From: Histomonas meleagridis 2922-C6/04-290x
Taxonomy: Eukaryota > Protista > Parabasalia
NCBI GenBank assembly: GCA_020184695.1
Contig: JAANOX010000064.1
Span: 62,001 to 126,000 of the forward strand
Length of the DNA: 64,000 nucleotides
Direction of reading: 5' to 3'
Shown here: one piece after another, positions 59,222 through 64,000 of the stretch
Position numbering within the stretch: position 1 is the first letter of the stretch
How the letters are laid out: each line of letters starts with the position of its first letter
The notes under the pieces: model-generated
Seen by the model: the letters and a program-made list of their open reading frames with translations, nothing else
What the model was told of the DNA's origin: nothing
Databases searched by the model: none
Position numbers and translations under genes: made by a program

Positions 59222-61831
59222 ATGAACAATTTCGTTATCCTTTTTCCACAGGAGTGCGACAAATTCACGGATTTGTTGGAACAAATAGGAGAAAAAGGAG
59301 CAAATTTATATAAAGCATTTCAGTGCGGGGCACCAGTTCCAAATGGATTAATTATTACAAAAGAAGCTTTTCAAAATTATAAATCATTAGGAAAAATAAG
59401 TGATGATTTATGGAAGCAAGTTCAAGATAAAATTCAAATGTTAGAAGATCAATTAGGAAAATCTTTTACAAATGAAGAAAATCCTTTAATTATTTCATGT
59501 AGAACAAGTTCAGGGACTATGAACTCCATTTTAAATCTTGGTTATAATGATAAGACATTTGAAAAGATTTCTTCAAATAAAGAAAATCAAGATTTTGCTT
59601 ATAACAACTACATAAATCTTATTGAAACTTATGGGTGCGAAGTTATGCATATTTTTAAAGATAAATTTACCGAAATAATTGATTCAATTAAAGCTGAAGA
59701 AGAAGAAGACATTTCAACTGAGTACCTTTTAGTTACCAACAAGCTTAAAGAAATGATTTTAAAAGAAACAGAACAAGAATTCCCACAAAATCCATTTGAT
59801 CAGCTTTACAATACAATTTCACATATTTTTTCATCTCTAGCTTCTGAAAATAAATCAGATTCGATTCTCCTTATGCCCATGATATATGGCGATCTCAATG
59901 ACTCGTCTTGTTCTGGAATTGTTTTTTCTCGAAATCCATTAAACGGTCAACAATCAATTTATGGCACTTTTGCTCTATCGGTTTCGAATCATGAACTTAA
60001 AAACAAACGAAAAGAACAATTACAAATTAATGAACTTAAAAAGACTAATGTTGATTTATATGAAAAACTTAATGATATTCTTAAAAATCTCGAAAAACAT
60101 TTTAAAAATGTTGTTAAAGCTGATTTTGCAATTGAAAATGACAAAATTTGGATTCTAAATGTTCATAAAGCGAAACATTATCCACAATCATCTTGTAAAA
60201 TAGCAATTGATTTATTTAATGAAGGCGTCTTAACAAAAAAAGAAGCGCTTGAATCGATTGATATAAATGATATTGAAGTTATTTTACAGCCATATTTTGA
60301 AGCAGATGAAATCAAAACGTTTAAAAACAAAATTATTATTCGAAAGCAATTTCCACAAAAACGGAAATTTTTTTCTATTTGTGCACCTGTTTGTTTAACA
60401 ATCGAAAAAGCCGAAGAAATGGAAGAAAACGAAATCGATTTTATTTATATTGCTGAAGATTTTACTGATGAATTAAATACATTTTCTTTTATGAAAGGAA
60501 TAATCATTAAAAATGATTGTGAATTATTATTTGATTTTCCATTTTTTGTCGGAATTAATTACATTGAATTTGATTATGATGAAATAAGTGTAAAAATTGG
60601 AGAAAATGAATTTCATGAAGATGACGTTCTTTCGATTGATGGAATCGATGGCACTGTATATAATGGAACTATGCAAGTAAAAACTATTTCTGATAAACTC
60701 ATAAATGAACTTACGAATATATCTAAAGATATTACGCAAAATGATTTTCCTAATTCTTCACTTCTTATTTATTCGAATGCATTAAGTTCCGATGATATTC
60801 AAGAAGCATTTTCTAATAACGCCGAAGGAATTGGATATTATGATATAACAAATGAATTTATATTAAACGAGAAAACCGAAATTATAAAACAGATTTTAAT
60901 TGCAGAATATGAAGAAGAAAAAGAAGATGCATTAAATGATTTTGAAGAATCATTAGAATCAATTTTTTTATCAGTTTTCGATTCTTTTAATGAAGAAATC
61001 GGTTATATTAATGTCGGCGATTTTCAGCCGAAATATTTTCTTCCAAATGTATTAGAACTTATCGAAGAGATTTCGAAATTAAAAACTTATTCTGAACTTG
61101 GCGATGAAATAGATGAAGAAGAACTTAAAGAGAATGAGCGAATATTAACAATTACTAAAAAATATTATGAAATTAATCCAATGATTGGAATGAGAGGCAT
61201 TCGATTTAGTATTTGTGTTAAAGGATTTTTAAAGGCGCAAATTAATGCATTTGTTAAATCGGCATATAATACTGTTGAAAAAGGAATACAATTCATTCCA
61301 AATTTAATGATTCCATTTGTATCTTCTGAACAAGAAATTGAAATTGTACAAAAAGAATTAAATTCAGCTATTTCGATAATCGGGAAACAATATGATTTAG
61401 AAGAACCAATTAAATTTAATTTGGGTATATCAATAGATACACCTCGAGCAATAATGTACATGGATAAAATTGCTGAAAAAATAAATTTTTTGGTGTTTAA
61501 TATAAATAATTTGTATGAAATGTTGTCCGGAATTTCGAAAGAAGAAATGGAAAATAAATTAATAAAAAAATATCGTCAATTAGGAATTGTTTCGCATTCA
61601 CCTTATAACGGAATTGATTTTGATACAATCGGAAAATTGATCGAAGTCGGAATTATGAAAGCTAAAAGCGTAAACAATAATATAATAATTGGAATTTCAG
61701 GTGACTTCGCAGATAATGTGAAGGCATTAAAGTTCTGTCAAAGAGTCGGAATTAATTTTATATCAATTCCTCCTTCTGAAATACAAATTGCAACAATTAT
61801 TGCAACAAATTTACTTTTACATAGAGAGTGA
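59222..61831 (+). CDS. Pyruvate phosphate dikinase-like protein B, catalytic residues lost
   Basis: GEKGANL, PVPNGLIIT, ILNLGYND, FPQNP.DQL, EINPMIGMRGIR, SPY..ID...IG.LI. Phospho-His loop absent; GISGD replaces GICGE. Confidence 0.85.
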   Translation: MNNFVILFPQECDKFTDLLEQIGEKGANLYKAFQCGAPVPNGLIITKEAFQNYKSLGKISDDLWKQVQDKIQMLEDQLGKSFTNEENPLIISCRTSSGTMNSILNLGYNDKTFEKISSNKENQDFAYNNYINLIETYGCEVMHIFKDKFTEIIDSIKAEEEEDISTEYLLVTNKLKEMILKETEQEFPQNPFDQLYNTISHIFSSLASENKSDSILLMPMIYGDLNDSSCSGIVFSRNPLNGQQSIYGTFALSVSNHELKNKRKEQLQINELKKTNVDLYEKLNDILKNLEKHFKNVVKADFAIENDKIWILNVHKAKHYPQSSCKIAIDLFNEGVLTKKEALESIDINDIEVILQPYFEADEIKTFKNKIIIRKQFPQKRKFFSICAPVCLTIEKAEEMEENEIDFIYIAEDFTDELNTFSFMKGIIIKNDCELLFDFPFFVGINYIEFDYDEISVKIGENEFHEDDVLSIDGIDGTVYNGTMQVKTISDKLINELTNISKDITQNDFPNSSLLIYSNALSSDDIQEAFSNNAEGIGYYDITNEFILNEKTEIIKQILIAEYEEEKEDALNDFEESLESIFLSVFDSFNEEIGYINVGDFQPKYFLPNVLELIEEISKLKTYSELGDEIDEEELKENERILTITKKYYEINPMIGMRGIRFSICVKGFLKAQINAFVKSAYNTVEKGIQFIPNLMIPFVSSEQEIEIVQKELNSAISIIGKQYDLEEPIKFNLGISIDTPRAIMYMDKIAEKINFLVFNINNLYEMLSGISKEEMENKLIKKYRQLGIVSHSPYNGIDFDTIGKLIEVGIMKAKSVNNNIIIGISGDFADNVKALKFCQRVGINFISIPPSEIQIATIIATNLLLHRE

Positions 61832-62084
61832 TGTATTATTAAAATGTTATAATTAATAGAGAGATATATTTAATAAATAAATTTTGTATTTGATTTATTT
61901 TTCTTATTTTGTTTGCAAATCATATAAAAATTTGTGTTTTTTACTCATAGATGTAGAAACAAAAATATTTGAAATTTATTTTCAGAAAAAGTCTTTCCAA
62001 ATAACAAGTCGTTACGCAGAACTTTTATCAAAAATAATTTTTGTTAAGTCAACTATTGGAAATTGAATCACACAAAGATATCTT

Positions 62085-62430
62085 AAAAATCATGTTTACC
62101 ACAAAGTAATTTAACTATTTCTGTATGACCTTTTTGAGATGCATTCATAAATGCTGTTTCAAATAATATAAATCATTTCCAAATTTTGATTTGAAGTATA
62201 AAATTACCAAAATAAATAATAAATAAAACAAATAAATATCAGTTTTCCATATAGCCATTATCAAATGGTAATGTAAGTGCTCTTCTTAATAATTAAAATT
62301 ACTTTTTAATATCAAATAGAAACATTATATTATTATATTTGATTTTAAATATAATAGAAAAGTATCTTGATAATTATCATTAAACCTGATTGTTTTTTGT
62401 TCAAGCAAAAAATTAAATATTTTAAAATCA
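62085..62430 (-). pseudogene. Orphan spacer-interrupted ankyrin fragment
   Basis: Complete 80-nt spacer (62158-62237) followed by TAFMNASQKGHTEIVKLL; no DUF3447 head nearby. Confidence 0.8.
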
Positions 62431-62648
62431 TTAAATATATACTAAATAAAAAGGAACCCTCATAAGAATAATGATTTTGTTAACATAAATGAATGATATC
62501 TTCCGCCTTGATTTTTTCTAAAATACGATAAAAAATATCGAAAATGATGATGATTTTTTGAGAAATTACGATTTTTGGAATTCAGCCAAACCAAGTTAAT
62601 TCAAGATATTTGATTTTGACAATGTTTGTTTAGATTTATTCTTTCTAA

Positions 62649-62873
62649 ATGCTAATTCCAGTTCGCTGCTTTTCATGCGGCCGCATGATAGCCAACAAAT
62701 GGAAGCCATACTCTGAGCTTCTTAGAAGTGGTGTTTCTGTAGCTGATGCTCTTAATCAACTTGGTATTATTCGATTTTGTTGCAGAAGAATGTTCATTAC
62801 GCATGCTGATTTAATAGACAGGATGATTGAATATTCACACCCGTATATTCCAGATGAAGCATTTGGAAATTAG
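62649..62873 (+). CDS. RPB10: RNA polymerase I/II/III subunit RPABC5
   Basis: MLIPVRCFSCG...ALNQLG..RFCCRRMFITH.DLI. Confidence 0.97.
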   Translation: MLIPVRCFSCGRMIANKWKPYSELLRSGVSVADALNQLGIIRFCCRRMFITHADLIDRMIEYSHPYIPDEAFGN

Positions 62874-63104
62874 TTCATTTTTAATTTTTTTTTTGTAAAT
62901 TAACTTTTTCGAATCTCTTATTATTTTCAAGTAAACTTCTATGAGATGCAGTAATTCTTGTTTCCTAAAGATCTCACATATGTTTTATCATCATAATAAG
63001 AATTCTGATATCGATATTTAAATTTTGCAAAATACAAATTTGTTTTATTGCTTTTTCCACTTCAAAATATAATCGAAAGAAGAATTTATTTCATTATCAA
63101 ACGT

Positions 63105-64000
63105 TTATTCAAAGTTATTTTCAACATCTATACCATTATTATCGTCTTGTGTTAATTCTTCCACGAACTTTAAGAAGTGGTTTGGTCGGTGTTCTTGGCT
63201 AAAGAATGGCAAAGGATGACCTAATTCAATTTCATAATTTGGAGAATTTGCCAATTTCAATGACATAAAGTTCAAATTCCATTCTACGCCTGAAGGAACC
63301 ATAAACCATCCGCTATAATTTTCTGTCAAAACGATTGGAATTCTATGGAAGAAAGTATCTTCAAATCCCACTGGTCTATCTTTAGTGTCTTTGTTATTGA
63401 TACCCCATTCGTAACCAGGTTCATTAAGTTGGAAGCCTCTTATGACACAAGATCCTGGAGGATATGAAATTACAATTGTAGAAAATAGAGGCTTATCAAT
63501 GATTTCGTCCTCATTTTCAGGATCGCTAATTATTGATGTTGCACAAATTGCATCATTTGGTGACATTAAAGGATCATCAATAGCCATTGTATGAATCCAT
63601 CCAACAGGTTTAAGATCATTCATATTCAAAAGTTCATTTCCCTTTGGTAAGTTATGATGGAAGTCTATATGATCATAACTACCAGTTTGAGGTGGGATTA
63701 CGAAACAATGAATTTCAATGATCATGTCGCTATCGTCCGCCGGTTTACCGTACAACAAACCGCAAATTTGAATGTAAGGGTCAGAAATTTCGATGAACTT
63801 TTTCAGGAGGTTCAAGGGCAAAATAAACGTCTTTGTGAACTCATCGTTAATAATACCTTCTGGTGGAACGTTAATTCTATTTGTTTTCAAATAAATATTT
63901 GAACTTTGAATAAGTCTCTTTCTCCAGTCACTTTTTGACTGGAATTGAGTTTGTTCATAACTTGACAGAGTTTGAACGTTAACAATTTCACCAGTTTTTG
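63105..64000 (-). CDS. PRP8: Pre-mRNA splicing factor Prp8, C-terminal Jab1/MPN + PROCT region; 5' part outside window; apparent 1-nt deletion near 63915
   Basis: FQSKSDWRER, FILPLNLLKKFIEISD..QICGLLYG, PPQTG, GWIHT, GYEWG, WNLNF, FF..EHRPNHFL.F. Confidence 0.92.
   Translation of the reverse strand, partial: KTGEIVNVQTLSSYEQTQFQSKSDWRKRLIQSSNIYLKTNRINVPPEGIINDEFTKTFILPLNLLKKFIEISDPYIQICGLLYGKPADDSDMIIEIHCFVIPPQTGSYDHIDFHHNLPKGNELLNMNDLKPVGWIHTMAIDDPLMSPNDAICATSIISDPENEDEIIDKPLFSTIVISYPPGSCVIRGFQLNEPGYEWGINNKDTKDRPVGFEDTFFHRIPIVLTENYSGWFMVPSGVEWNLNFMSLKLANSPNYEIELGHPLPFFSQEHRPNHFLKFVEELTQDDNNGIDVENNFE

Overview
AT-rich, gene-dense eukaryotic DNA. The gene set (BspA/TpLRR surface proteins, DUF3447-ankyrin genes, bacterial-type metabolic genes, intronless housekeeping genes) points to a parabasalid (trichomonad/Histomonas-like) genome; this is an inference. 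The window holds about 30 ordinary genes, tRNA-Glu(TTC), a decayed hAT transposon with a nested Mutator-like element, two catalytically dead PPDK paralogues and a frameshifted PRP8 3' end. The outstanding feature is five DUF3447-headed ankyrin loci plus one orphan fragment. In them every ankyrin repeat is interrupted at the same position (between ..NAKD and TAL..) by an AT-rich, hairpin-forming spacer with no GT-AG or branch-point signal. By manual count 38 of 46 spacers are exactly 80 nt, giving a 170-nt period and about 68 nt in excess of a 34-aa repeat. The 90-nt coding modules stay stop-free and vary mainly at binding-surface positions, while the spacers break the frame. This suggests non-canonical splicing, ribosomal bypassing or cassette recombination. 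The mechanism cannot be settled from DNA alone.
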